From assembly GCA_016184305.1 (NCBI GenBank), contig JACPCX010000159.1, positions 1-18,814 on the forward strand: 18,814 nucleotides of DNA, read 5' to 3'. Below, one piece after another: positions 1 to 8,910 of this stretch. The notes under the pieces are model-generated. The model was not told the DNA's origin. It ran no database searches and saw only the letters and a list, made by a program, of their open reading frames with translations. The DNA comes from Candidatus Rokuibacteriota bacterium. Its GTDB lineage: Bacteria > Methylomirabilota > Methylomirabilia > Rokubacteriales > CSP1-6. Within the stretch, counting starts at the first letter, position 1; every line of letters starts with the position of its first letter. Both the position numbers and the translations under genes were made by a program.

Positions 1-563
1 CCGGGGGCAATGGCGTTCACGCGAATCCCGTGCGGACCGAGGTGCCTCGCCAGGTTCCGCGTCATGCCGATGATGGCGGCCTTCGCGGCGCTGTACTGGG
101 GACTCACCAGCTCCGTCCCTCCCCGCCCCGAGATGGAGGCCATGTTGATGATGGATCCGCCGCGGACCTTCAGATGCGGCAGGGCGGCCTTGGCGCAGAA
201 GAAGGTGCCGCGCACGTTCCAGGCCATCACGCGATCGAAGTGCTCCTCGGTGACGTCCTCGATGCGGAGCGGCGTCTGGGCGCTGCCGCCCGCGTTGTTG
301 ACCAGGATGTCGAGCCGGCCGAAGGCGGTGATGGCGGCGCCCACCATGGCCTCGACGTCCTGGACCACGGCGACATTGCCCGCGACTGCCACAACCTGGG
401 CTCCCGCGGATCGGAGCTGTTCCTGGGCCGCGCGGCACCCGTCCGCGTTCATGTCGGCCAGGACCAGACGGGCGCCGTGCCGCGCCAGGGTGGAGCCGAT
501 GGCATAGCCGATGCCCTGCGCGCCGCCGGTGACGAGAGCGACCTTTTCCGTAAGCGTGGCCAA
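1..563 (-). CDS. Classical short-chain dehydrogenase/reductase (FabG-like SDR), 3' end truncated by the window edge
   Basis: Not in the ORF track. Manual minus-strand translation from TTG at 563 gives MATLTEKVALVTGGAQGIGYAIG...LVLADMN...GRLDILVNNAGG...GSIINMASISG...QYSAAKAAIIGMTRNLARHLGPHGIRVNAIAP, with the TGxxxGxG, NNAG, catalytic Ser and YxxxK motifs. The Asp at the end of beta2 suggests NAD(H). Start codon uncertain. Confidence 0.93.
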   Translation of the reverse strand, partial: MATLTEKVALVTGGAQGIGYAIGSTLARHGARLVLADMNADGCRAAQEQLRSAGAQVVAVAGNVAVVQDVEAMVGAAITAFGRLDILVNNAGGSAQTPLRIEDVTEEHFDRVMAWNVRGTFFCAKAALPHLKVRGGSIINMASISGRGGTELVSPQYSAAKAAIIGMTRNLARHLGPHGIRVNAIAP

Positions 564-568
564 TCCTC

Positions 569-2542
569 CTATAGCGTGATGGCGGCCAGCGTCCCTTCCT
601 CGATGGCCTCGAAGAACTTCCTCGAGCCGAGGACATCCCCCACCAGCTGAACGGGGACGCCCAGGGCCGCCAGCGCTGCGTGATGCTCGGTCCTCGGCCC
701 GTAGCCTGTGCAGAGGATCACGCTGTCGACGTCCTTCAACACGCGGCGCCAGCCGTTGGGCGGCTCGACCTCCACGGTGTCGGGGCCGATCTCGCGCACC
801 TGCGTGTGGGTGAGCACCTCGATGCCGAGGTCGCGGATGCGGTCCAGGAAGTAGACCCGGTCAGCGTGGACGGCCTTCTTCAAGGGGGCGGAGCGGGCGA
901 TCATGATCACCCGCTTGCCACGGTGGGCCAGGTAGTCCGCCACCTCCATCCCCACGAGGCCGCCCCCGATGATGACGCAGTTCCGGCCCGTCTCCTCGAG
1001 CCCGGCGATGACCCGCCAGCCCATGATCACGTGGGGCAGGCCCACGCCCGGCACGTCAGGCTTCCGGGATTCCGCGCCCGTCGCCAGGATGATGGCGTCG
1101 GGCTTGAGCTCCCGGGCGTCCTCCGGGGTGAAGAGCCTGTTCAGGTGGACCGTGACGCCCAGCCGCTTCACTTCGCGCTCGAAGTAGCGAAGCGCGTTCT
1201 CGAGCTCTTCCCGGTGCGGGGGCCGATAGGCCAGCAGGAGCTGCCCCCCGAGGGCGCCGTCCCTCTCGAACAGGTGGACCTCGTGGCCGCGGCTTGCGGC
1301 CGTCACGGCCGCCGCCATTCCGGCGACGCCGCCCCCGACCACGGCCACCCGCCTGGCAGGGGCCTCGCGGGCCAGGAGGTGCTTGAACTCCAGCTCCCGG
1401 CTGACCATGGGGTTCACGGTGCAGGCGATCCCCTTGTGCCTGTGGATCGTGGCCAGGCACTCGTTGCAGGCGATGCACGGGGCGATGCGCTCCACGAGTC
1501 CCGCCGCGGCCTTGGCGGGGAAGAAGGGATCAGCCAGCAGGGCCCGGCTGAGGCAGATGAAGTCGGCCTGTCCCTTGGCCAGGATCTCCTCGGCCAGCTC
1601 GGGGGTATTGATGCGCCCCACGGTCATGACGGGAATACCGAGCCGCGCCTTGAGGGCCTCGCCGTAGGGCACATAGCAGCCGCGAGGCACCGACATGCCG
1701 GGCACGATCATGTAGGGCCGTGAGGCGTGGATGCCCCCGGAGATGCTGACGGAGTCGGCGCCCGCGGTTTCCAGCAGGGCGGCGATCTCCACCGCTTCGT
1801 CGAGCTCGAGCCCGCCCGGGATATGGTCGCTGCCGTTCATCCGGCAGATGATCGGGAACTCTCCGCCGAGCTCCTTCTTGATCCCCTGGACCAGCTCGAC
1901 GAAGAACCGGGCGCGCCTCCGGGTGTCGCCACCGTACTCGTCCTCGCGCCGGTTCGCTTCCGGTGAGACGAACTGCCCGATCAGGTAGCCGTGGGCGCCG
2001 TGGAGCTCGACGGCATCGAACCCGGCCTGCTTGGCGCGGAGCGCCGCCTCGACGTAACGCCGGATGATCCGCTGGATCGCCGCCACGTCGAGCTCCTTCG
2101 GCACCACCGGCTCCCCCACGGCGGTGAAGCGCGACGGCACGGGAGAGGGAGCCAGGGGCACCGACCCCGAGATCTCCGGGATCGACTCGCGACCTCCGTG
2201 ATTGAGCTGGACGGCGATCCTGGCCCCGGCCGCGTGGACTGCCTCGGCGATCCGTCTCATGCCCGGGACATGGCGGTCGTCGTGGAGCATGGCGTTGTGA
2301 TGGAGGCGCTTGCCTTCCTGCTCCACGTAGGTCGCCTCGACGATGAGCAGGCCTGTGCCGCCCCTGGCCCGCTCGGCATAGAACTCCACCATGTCGTCGG
2401 TGACGAAGCCGTCGTGGTCCGCCAGCTCGGAGCTGGTGGCGGCAAACACCAGGCGGTTCTTCACCTCGAGCGTGCCGACACGCCCGGGGGAAAACAGATG
2501 CGTGAATCCGTCCGCGCGGTGACCCGCCGGTGCAGGGCTCAC
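569..2542 (-). CDS. Multi-domain old-yellow-enzyme-family NADH:flavin oxidoreductase (FMN TIM barrel + 4Fe-4S + FAD/NAD(P) Rossmann domains; 2,4-dienoyl-CoA reductase/BaiCD-like architecture)
   Basis: ORF 569..2590. Probable start is GTG at 2542 after GAGGTGA. Motifs: LFSPGRVGTLEVKNRLV, ELHGAHGYLIGQFVSP..NRREDEYGG, CIACNEC-x11-C cluster motif, VVGGGVAG and IIGGGLVG dinucleotide-binding loops. Confidence 0.92.
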   Translation of the reverse strand: MSPAPAGHRADGFTHLFSPGRVGTLEVKNRLVFAATSSELADHDGFVTDDMVEFYAERARGGTGLLIVEATYVEQEGKRLHHNAMLHDDRHVPGMRRIAEAVHAAGARIAVQLNHGGRESIPEISGSVPLAPSPVPSRFTAVGEPVVPKELDVAAIQRIIRRYVEAALRAKQAGFDAVELHGAHGYLIGQFVSPEANRREDEYGGDTRRRARFFVELVQGIKKELGGEFPIICRMNGSDHIPGGLELDEAVEIAALLETAGADSVSISGGIHASRPYMIVPGMSVPRGCYVPYGEALKARLGIPVMTVGRINTPELAEEILAKGQADFICLSRALLADPFFPAKAAAGLVERIAPCIACNECLATIHRHKGIACTVNPMVSRELEFKHLLAREAPARRVAVVGGGVAGMAAAVTAASRGHEVHLFERDGALGGQLLLAYRPPHREELENALRYFEREVKRLGVTVHLNRLFTPEDARELKPDAIILATGAESRKPDVPGVGLPHVIMGWRVIAGLEETGRNCVIIGGGLVGMEVADYLAHRGKRVIMIARSAPLKKAVHADRVYFLDRIRDLGIEVLTHTQVREIGPDTVEVEPPNGWRRVLKDVDSVILCTGYGPRTEHHAALAALGVPVQLVGDVLGSRKFFEAIEEGTLAAITL

Positions 2543-2546
2543 GGTG

Positions 2547-4355
2547 TCACCTCGCTTCAGCCGGGTGGCCGGGGACGGCTCCCGGCGCATCCGGCAGCGC
2601 GGCCCTCAGCAGGGTCGTGGCCGTCCGGTCCAGGGTCCAGGAGACGAGTCCGTCCGAGCCCGCGCGCGGATCGAGGACGACGCCGTACTCCTCCCGGGCC
2701 TGCTCTCGGCTGATGTAGCCCAGGACGGCATCGCGCAACACCCGTTCGGGGTCGCGCTCCAGCGGGTCGCCGTAGCCGCCACCGCCGGGGGAGAGGTACT
2801 CCACCACCTCACCCCGCGCGAGATTCCGGCGGCCTTTCGTGACGAAGGGCAGCCGGAACCCGCCCTCGGGGCCGCCGAAGACGACATCGGCGCCCCCGGC
2901 CGGCTTGCCCCCGAGGACGCCGAAGGGGAGGAAGTCCCGCCTGTCCCCGAGCACCGCCACCGCGATCTCGCCGGTGAGGCTGCGATAGCGGTACGCCGTG
3001 CCGCAGCCCCCGCGATGGCGTCCGGCCCCGCCCGAGCCATCTCTGATGGCCAGCCTTTCCACTCGCACCGGCACCCGATGCTCCACGGATTCCACCGAGG
3101 GAAAGTTGGCGGCGCCCAGCGCCGTGGTCCCGTTGACCAGTCCGTCCCCCTGGGGATTGCCCCCGTAGCCACCGGCCCCGGGGAAGAGCATCACGTAATA
3201 GTTGCCGCGCTCGGGATGCGTCCCGGCCATGGTGATGACGCCGGTGGTGCCGAACAGGTCGGCGGGGGTGCGCTCGGGGAGCGCCTGGCTCATGGCTCCG
3301 AACACCACCGAGATGACGCGTCCCACCGATTCCAGGTAGCCGCTGATGGGATACGGGTACTCCGCCCCCACGAACGTGCTCGGCGGAATCACGTAGTCGA
3401 AAGGCCGGAAGCAGCCCCCGTTGATCGTGACCTCGGGGAAGATGTGCTTGATGGCGATCTGGCACGAGGCGATGCAGGTCTTGCGGGGCAGATTCACCGG
3501 CCCGCGGGCAGGGGCCGAGGACCTGGTGAAGTCGAAGGTCATGCGGTCCCCGGCCACCGCCAGCGCGAGGTGGACGAGCAGCGGACTCGGGACGTGGCCG
3601 TCATTGTCCACGGCGTCCTCGAAGACGTAGGTGCCGTCGGGAATCTCGCGGATCAGGGCGCGCATGTGCTGCTCCGAGCGGTCGTTCAGCTCGTCGAAGC
3701 AGGCATTGACCGTGTCCGCTCCGTAGCGGGCGATGAGGTCGGTGTAGCGACCGGCCCCGACTTGCAGGGCGGAGACGACGGCCTGGAGGTCGCCCCGACG
3801 CTCCTCCGGGACGCGGACATTGTCGAGGAGAAGCCCCAGCAGATCCTCCTGGAGCCGTCCCTCCCGGTAAAGCGGGACCGGGTTGATGAGAAGGCCTTCC
3901 TGGTGGATCTCGGTGGCGCCCGGGGCGAACCCCCCCGGGGTCGAGCCCCCGATGTCGTTCCAGTGGCCACACGCCGCCAGCAGCGCCAGGATCTCCTCGC
4001 CCTGGAACACGGGCATGACGAGCTTGACGTCCGGCAGGTGGGTGCCCCCGAGATAGGGATTGTTCAGGATGTAGATGTCTCCCGGCCTGAAGCCGCCCCG
4101 GCGCCCTGCCGCGGCCATCGCCGCCTGGACGGAGAACTGCATCGCCGTCATGAAGATGGGCAGGGTGAGCCGTCCCTGGGCCACCACCTCGCCCGTCCGC
4201 GGATGGAAGACGCCGCTGGCCCGGTCCAGCTGCTCCGAGATGACGGGGGAGAACGCGGCCCGGACGATGATGGCGTCCATCTCGTCGACGATCTGCTCGA
4301 GGCCGCCCTTCACCACCGCGAGGGTGATGGGATCGACGAGCGTCGAGGGATTCAT
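2547..4355 (-). CDS. hyuB: Hydantoinase B/5-oxoprolinase-family subunit (metal-binding subunit of an ATP-dependent lactamase/carboxylase)
   Basis: Start MNPSTLVDPITLAVV at 4355 overlaps the upstream stop (ATGA). Motifs: RAAFSPVISEQLD, NNPYLGGTHLPD, GHWNDIGGSTPGGF...EIHQEG, DGSGGAGRHRGGCG, SPGGGGYGDPLERDPERV..D...GYIS. Confidence 0.92.
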   Translation of the reverse strand: MNPSTLVDPITLAVVKGGLEQIVDEMDAIIVRAAFSPVISEQLDRASGVFHPRTGEVVAQGRLTLPIFMTAMQFSVQAAMAAAGRRGGFRPGDIYILNNPYLGGTHLPDVKLVMPVFQGEEILALLAACGHWNDIGGSTPGGFAPGATEIHQEGLLINPVPLYREGRLQEDLLGLLLDNVRVPEERRGDLQAVVSALQVGAGRYTDLIARYGADTVNACFDELNDRSEQHMRALIREIPDGTYVFEDAVDNDGHVPSPLLVHLALAVAGDRMTFDFTRSSAPARGPVNLPRKTCIASCQIAIKHIFPEVTINGGCFRPFDYVIPPSTFVGAEYPYPISGYLESVGRVISVVFGAMSQALPERTPADLFGTTGVITMAGTHPERGNYYVMLFPGAGGYGGNPQGDGLVNGTTALGAANFPSVESVEHRVPVRVERLAIRDGSGGAGRHRGGCGTAYRYRSLTGEIAVAVLGDRRDFLPFGVLGGKPAGGADVVFGGPEGGFRLPFVTKGRRNLARGEVVEYLSPGGGGYGDPLERDPERVLRDAVLGYISREQAREEYGVVLDPRAGSDGLVSWTLDRTATTLLRAALPDAPGAVPGHPAEAR

Positions 4356-6388
4356 GGCTGTCTCGCCTCCAGGATGAGGTTGCCGAGCCTGTCCACGCGC
4401 GCCGTCGTGTCCGGCTCCAGGACGGTGGTGCAATCGGCCTGCTCCACGATGGCCGGACCGGCCAGCTCGCTGCCGGGGGGCAGGGCGGCCCGGGCATACA
4501 CCGGCGTGTCGTGATAGCGGCCGTCGAAGTACACGGCCCTCCGTCCCTGCGGGATCCCTGTCAGGGCGGACCCGGCGGCCACCCAGCTGCCGATGTCGAG
4601 CCTGGGCCGCAAACCCAGCACCGTCACCCTGAGCGTGGTGAGCCGCACCGGCAGCCCGTCCAGGGTCTGCTTGTACTCGCTCCGGTAGGCCTCGGCGAAG
4701 GCGGCGGTGATCCCCTCCGGGCTGAGCTCGGGGGGGAGGGTGACCCGGATATTGTGCCGCTGGCCCTCGTACGCCATGTCTGCCGCCAGCAGCACCTCCA
4801 CCCGCTCCACCGGCACCCCCTCGTCCTGGATGAGCCGGGTTCCGTCCGCCACGGTCTCCCTGACCATGGCGCGGAAGCCCTCCGGATCCAGCTCATCCAG
4901 GCTCCGCATCACCGTGCGCACGAAGTCATGGCGCACGTCCGCCGTCACGCAGCCGAGCGCGCAGAGGACCCCGGGATAGTACGGGATGAGCGAGCGGCCG
5001 ATCCCCACGTCCTTCATGAGGGCCGCGGCGTGCAGCGGCCCGGCGCCCCCGAAGGCCACCAGGGCGAAGTCCCGGGGATCATGGCCCCGCTCCACGGACA
5101 CGACCCGGATGCGGCCCGCCATGTTGTTGTTGGCCACCCTGATGATCGCGCTGGCGGCCTCCTCGAGCGCGAGCCCCAGGGGCTTCCCCACCTCGGCCTC
5201 GATGGCCCGGGAGGCCGTTTCCGGATCCATCTTCAGGCCGTGCTCGCCCCCGAGAACAAAGCCCGGGTTGATCCGGCCGAGGACGAGGTTGGCGTCGGTC
5301 ACCGTGGGTCGGGTGCCGCCCCGGCGGTATGCCGCCGGACCCGGGTCCGCTCCCGCCGATTCCGGGCCCACCTGGAGGATGCCCGCCCTGTCGATCCAGG
5401 CGATGCTGCCGCCGCCGGCCCCGATGGTATGCACGTCGATCAGCGACACCCGCAGCGGCAGGCGAAAATCCAGATTGGTCTCCTCGGTCGTGCGCGGACG
5501 GCCACCCGGGATCAGGCAGACATCGAAGCTGGTGCCGCCCATGTCCGCCGAGATGACATTGTCGAAGCCGGCCAGCCGCGCCAGGTAGCTCGCTGCGGTG
5601 ACCCCGGCGGCCGGCCCCGAGCGCGCGAGGTTCGCCGGCCGCTGGCAGGCCGTGGCGCTGGACATGATGCCGCCGTTGGATTGCACGAACAGCACGTCCC
5701 GGCGAAAGCCGCCTTCCGCCAGCCTCTGCTTCAGCGCGCCGACGTACCGGGCCACCATCGGCTGCAGGTAGGTGTGCACGACGGCCGTGCTGAGCCGCTC
5801 GAACTCGTAGAGCTCCGGCAGGAGCTCCGCGGAGAGGGTGATCAGCCACCCGGGATGGAATGCCTGGAGAACCTCCTTCGCCCGCCGCTCGTGGACGGGG
5901 TTGGCGTACGAGTGGAGAAAGCAGACCACGACCGCCTCCACGCCCTTGGCCCGAAGGATCCGCGCGGCCTCGAGCACATCCGATTCGTCGAGGGGCTCCA
6001 CCACGTCGCCGCGGTGGTCCAGGCGCTCCCGCACTTCCAGCCGCAAGTCCCGCGGGATCAGCGGCTCCTGGACGCCGTGCAGGCCGTAGAGGTGGGGCCG
6101 ATCGCGGCGCCCCAGCTCGAGGACGTCCCGGAAGCCCAGCGTGGTGATGAGGCCGCAGCGGGCGCCCTTTCGCTCGATGATGGCGTTGGTCGCCATGGTG
6201 GTGCCATGGATGAAGAGGTCGATGTCACCGGCGGATACCCCGATATGGCCCATGGCGTCGAAGAGGCCGACGGACAGGTCGCGGGGCGTCGTCGACGCCT
6301 TGCTGATGCTGACGCGGCCGGTGGCCTCGTCCAGGTAGAACAGGTCGGTGAAGGTGCCACCGACGTCGATCCCGAGGAGCTTCGCCAC
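4352..6388 (-). CDS. hyuA: Hydantoinase A/5-oxoprolinase-family ATP-binding subunit
   Basis: 678 aa, GTG start. Motifs: GIDVGGTFTD, HGTTMATNA, LITTLGFRDVLE, SGPAAGV, DMGGTSFDV, TIGAGGGSIA, GPESAGADPGP, PTVTDAN, FGGAGPLH. Confidence 0.94.
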   Translation of the reverse strand: MAKLLGIDVGGTFTDLFYLDEATGRVSISKASTTPRDLSVGLFDAMGHIGVSAGDIDLFIHGTTMATNAIIERKGARCGLITTLGFRDVLELGRRDRPHLYGLHGVQEPLIPRDLRLEVRERLDHRGDVVEPLDESDVLEAARILRAKGVEAVVVCFLHSYANPVHERRAKEVLQAFHPGWLITLSAELLPELYEFERLSTAVVHTYLQPMVARYVGALKQRLAEGGFRRDVLFVQSNGGIMSSATACQRPANLARSGPAAGVTAASYLARLAGFDNVISADMGGTSFDVCLIPGGRPRTTEETNLDFRLPLRVSLIDVHTIGAGGGSIAWIDRAGILQVGPESAGADPGPAAYRRGGTRPTVTDANLVLGRINPGFVLGGEHGLKMDPETASRAIEAEVGKPLGLALEEAASAIIRVANNNMAGRIRVVSVERGHDPRDFALVAFGGAGPLHAAALMKDVGIGRSLIPYYPGVLCALGCVTADVRHDFVRTVMRSLDELDPEGFRAMVRETVADGTRLIQDEGVPVERVEVLLAADMAYEGQRHNIRVTLPPELSPEGITAAFAEAYRSEYKQTLDGLPVRLTTLRVTVLGLRPRLDIGSWVAAGSALTGIPQGRRAVYFDGRYHDTPVYARAALPPGSELAGPAIVEQADCTTVLEPDTTARVDRLGNLILEARQP

Positions 6389-6407
6389 CTTGATCCCCCC
6401 CTATCTA

Positions 6408-7115
6408 CTAAAGCCCCAGGTATGAGCGCTGGACCTGGGTATTGTTCAGCAGCTCCTGCCCGGTGCCGGACAGGGTGACCCTGCCGGTTTCCATGACGTA
6501 GGCGCGGTCGGACAGCCGCAGGGCCATCCGGGCGTTCTGCTCCACCAGGATCACGGACACGCCGCGGGCGTGAATGCGCTGGACGATGCTGGCGATATCG
6601 CGGACGACCAGGGGCGCGAGCCCCAGGGACGGCTCGTCCAGGAGCAGAAGCTGCGGGCCCGACATGAGCGCCCGGCCGATGGCGACCATCTGCTGCTGGC
6701 CCCCCGAGAGACTGCCGGCGAGCTGACGCTTGCGCTCCGTCAGGATCGGAAAATAGCCATAGACCTCGCCCAGCACCAGCGCCGCCCGCCGGCTGTCCCT
6801 TTGGTAGGCGCCGATCATGAGGTTCTCCTGGACCGTCATCTCCGGAAACAGCCGCCGCCCCTCGGGACAGATGGCCACGCCGGCCCCGACGATGCCGGGA
6901 GGGGACATGCGGTCCAGACGTCGGTCGCCGAAACGCATCTCCCCGGAGGCGACGGGCACCAGGCCCATGATGGCCTTGAGCACCGTGCTCTTCCCGGCGC
7001 CGTTGGCCCCCACGATCGAGACGATCTGCCGCTCCTCCACGGTGAGCGTCACGCCCTGGAGCGCCCGCACCTTGCCGTACGAGACATGGAGGTCGCGGAC
7101 CTCAAGCCTGGGCAT
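6408..7115 (-). CDS. livF: Branched-chain amino acid-type ABC transporter ATPase (LivF-like)
   Basis: Walker A GANGAGKST, PEGRRLF, signature LSGGQQQM, Walker B LLLLDEPSLGLAP, LVEQN, C-terminal SYLG. Tandem TAG TAG stop. Confidence 0.93.
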   Translation of the reverse strand: MPRLEVRDLHVSYGKVRALQGVTLTVEERQIVSIVGANGAGKSTVLKAIMGLVPVASGEMRFGDRRLDRMSPPGIVGAGVAICPEGRRLFPEMTVQENLMIGAYQRDSRRAALVLGEVYGYFPILTERKRQLAGSLSGGQQQMVAIGRALMSGPQLLLLDEPSLGLAPLVVRDIASIVQRIHARGVSVILVEQNARMALRLSDRAYVMETGRVTLSGTGQELLNNTQVQRSYLGL

Positions 7116-7878
7116 CCTCGTCCACCCCCAGGTAGGCCGCCACCACGGCCGGGTCGTTGCGGATGCGCTCGGGCGGTCCCTCGGCGATCTTCTTGCCGTA
7201 GTTCATGACCACGATCTCCCGGCAGAGCTGCATGACGAAGCTCATGTCGTGCTCGACCACCACGATCGTGGTGCCACGCGCGTTGACCCGACGGATCAGC
7301 CGCGCCATGTGCGCGGTCTCCTCGGGGTTCATCCCCGCGACGGGCTCGTCGAGCATCAGGAGCTCCGGTTCGGTCGCGAGGCCGATGGCGACGCCGAGCG
7401 CGCGCTGGTGCCCGTACGGGAGGTTCCGGGCCAGCTCGTCCCGCGCGGCGGCGAGCTCCACGAAGTGGAGCAGCTCGAGGGCCCGCTCCCGGACCTTCTC
7501 GTCTTCCCGGGTCGCCTGCCGCGAGCCCGCGAGCCCCCTCCAGAACCCGACCCGGCTCCGAACGGCGCAGCCGCGGAGGACGTTCTCGAGCACCGAGGAC
7601 TCGCTGTACAGCACCATCGACTGGAAGGTGCGGACCAGGCCCAGCTTGACCAGGTCATAGGGCGGCGTCCCGGTGATGCGCCGGCCCTTGAAATGCACCT
7701 CGCCCGCGCTGGGCCGGAGCTGCCCCGTCACCAGGTTGAAGACCGTGGTCTTGCCGGCACCGTTGGGTCCGATCAGCCCCACGATGCTTCCCTCGTCCAC
7801 GGTCAGGGAGAGGCCGTCGACGGCGTGAAGGCCGCCGAACTGTTTCGAGAGGCCGCGGGCCTCGAGCATGGCGCTCAC
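7102..7878 (-). CDS. livG: Branched-chain amino acid-type ABC transporter ATPase (LivG-like)
   Basis: FGGLHAV, GPNGAGKTT, RTFQ, LPYGHQR, LDEPVAGMN, VEHDM, DPAVVAAYLG. GTG start overlaps the livM stop. Confidence 0.93.
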   Translation of the reverse strand: MSAMLEARGLSKQFGGLHAVDGLSLTVDEGSIVGLIGPNGAGKTTVFNLVTGQLRPSAGEVHFKGRRITGTPPYDLVKLGLVRTFQSMVLYSESSVLENVLRGCAVRSRVGFWRGLAGSRQATREDEKVRERALELLHFVELAAARDELARNLPYGHQRALGVAIGLATEPELLMLDEPVAGMNPEETAHMARLIRRVNARGTTIVVVEHDMSFVMQLCREIVVMNYGKKIAEGPPERIRNDPAVVAAYLGVDEDAQA

Positions 7879-8909
7879 CGGTCACGTCCCTGCGCGCGCG
7901 CCGGCACCGGTTCCTCGACCGGGGCGGGCCGGCCCAGGCGGCCCAGCCAGCTGGCGAGCGCCCGGTACCGGGGGGCCAGCAGCGAGGTGACTCCGTCCGG
8001 CAGGAACCGCATGAACAGCATCAGGACGAGGCCGTAGAGGACCTGCTGCCAGACCACGTAGGCCCGCAGGAACTCCGGCAGGGGCGTGATGATCATCGCG
8101 CCGATGATCGGGCCCGCCAGAGACGAGGTTCCGCCCACGATGTTCATGAGCAGGAAGTTCACGGACTCCCAGAACGTGAAGCTGAAGGGGGCGATGTAGA
8201 GAAGGAAATGGGCGAAGAGGCTGCCGCCGAAGCCCGCCAGGAGGCAGCCGATGGAAAAGGCGATGACCTTGATCCGCATGGGGTTGTAGCCCGTGGCCGC
8301 GGCCAGCAGCTCGGACTCGCGCACGGCGTTCATCGCCCGGCCGAAGGGCGACCGGTAGAGGGCGGCGACGAAGGCCACGCCCAGCGCCAGGACCACCAGG
8401 GCCAGGTAGTAGAACGCCGCCTTCGAGCGCAGGGGCTCGGCGAGGAAGGGCAGCGTCGGGGGCTTGATGCCCACCACCCCCGTGTTCCCGCCGGTGAGCG
8501 CCGTGGCGTTCTTGCTCAGGAGGAACAGGAACTCGCTGAGAGCAAAGGTGAAGAGCAGAAAGTAGACGCCCTTCAGCCTGAGAATGACCCGGCCAACGAC
8601 GAAGGCGGCCAGCGCGGCCAGGAACCCGCCGAGGAGGAAGCCCGCGAGAAACGGGAGCCCGAGCTTCACCGTGAGCTGCGCCGAGGTATACGCCCCGATG
8701 GCCATGAACCCGGCATGGGCCAGCGAGATCTGCCCCGTCTTCAGGATCACGTTCAGCCCGAGCGCCATCAGGGCGTTGATCAGCATCATGTCGAAGAGAT
8801 GCAGCCAGAAGCTGCTCTCGAAGAGCGTGGGCACCAGGAACGCGAAGACGACCGCCAGCAGCAAGAGCCCCGGCGTGACCCAGCGGCCTCCGCGATTCGG
8901 GGAGGCCAT
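7875..8909 (-). CDS. livM: Branched-chain amino acid-type ABC transporter permease (LivM-like)
   Basis: Hydrophobic 344 aa protein with GLNVILKTGQISLAHAGFMAIGAY, RLKGVYF, LTGG..G, SPFGRAMNAVRESELLA, IVGG..SLAGP. Confidence 0.9.
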   Translation of the reverse strand: MASPNRGGRWVTPGLLLLAVVFAFLVPTLFESSFWLHLFDMMLINALMALGLNVILKTGQISLAHAGFMAIGAYTSAQLTVKLGLPFLAGFLLGGFLAALAAFVVGRVILRLKGVYFLLFTFALSEFLFLLSKNATALTGGNTGVVGIKPPTLPFLAEPLRSKAAFYYLALVVLALGVAFVAALYRSPFGRAMNAVRESELLAAATGYNPMRIKVIAFSIGCLLAGFGGSLFAHFLLYIAPFSFTFWESVNFLLMNIVGGTSSLAGPIIGAMIITPLPEFLRAYVVWQQVLYGLVLMLFMRFLPDGVTSLLAPRYRALASWLGRLGRPAPVEEPVPARAQGRDR

Positions 8910-8910
8910 G

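Noticed and set aside
6395..6401. G7 run (minus strand) upstream of hyuA as a phase-variable tract
   Set aside because: Short, intergenic and positioned as a purine-rich RBS. No evidence of variation.
2544..6478. Long plus-strand ORFs 2544..4514 (656 aa) and 4511..6478 (655 aa)
   Set aside because: Antisense shadows of hyuB/hyuA caused by high-GC codon bias. No recognisable motifs, and their ends mirror the real genes.
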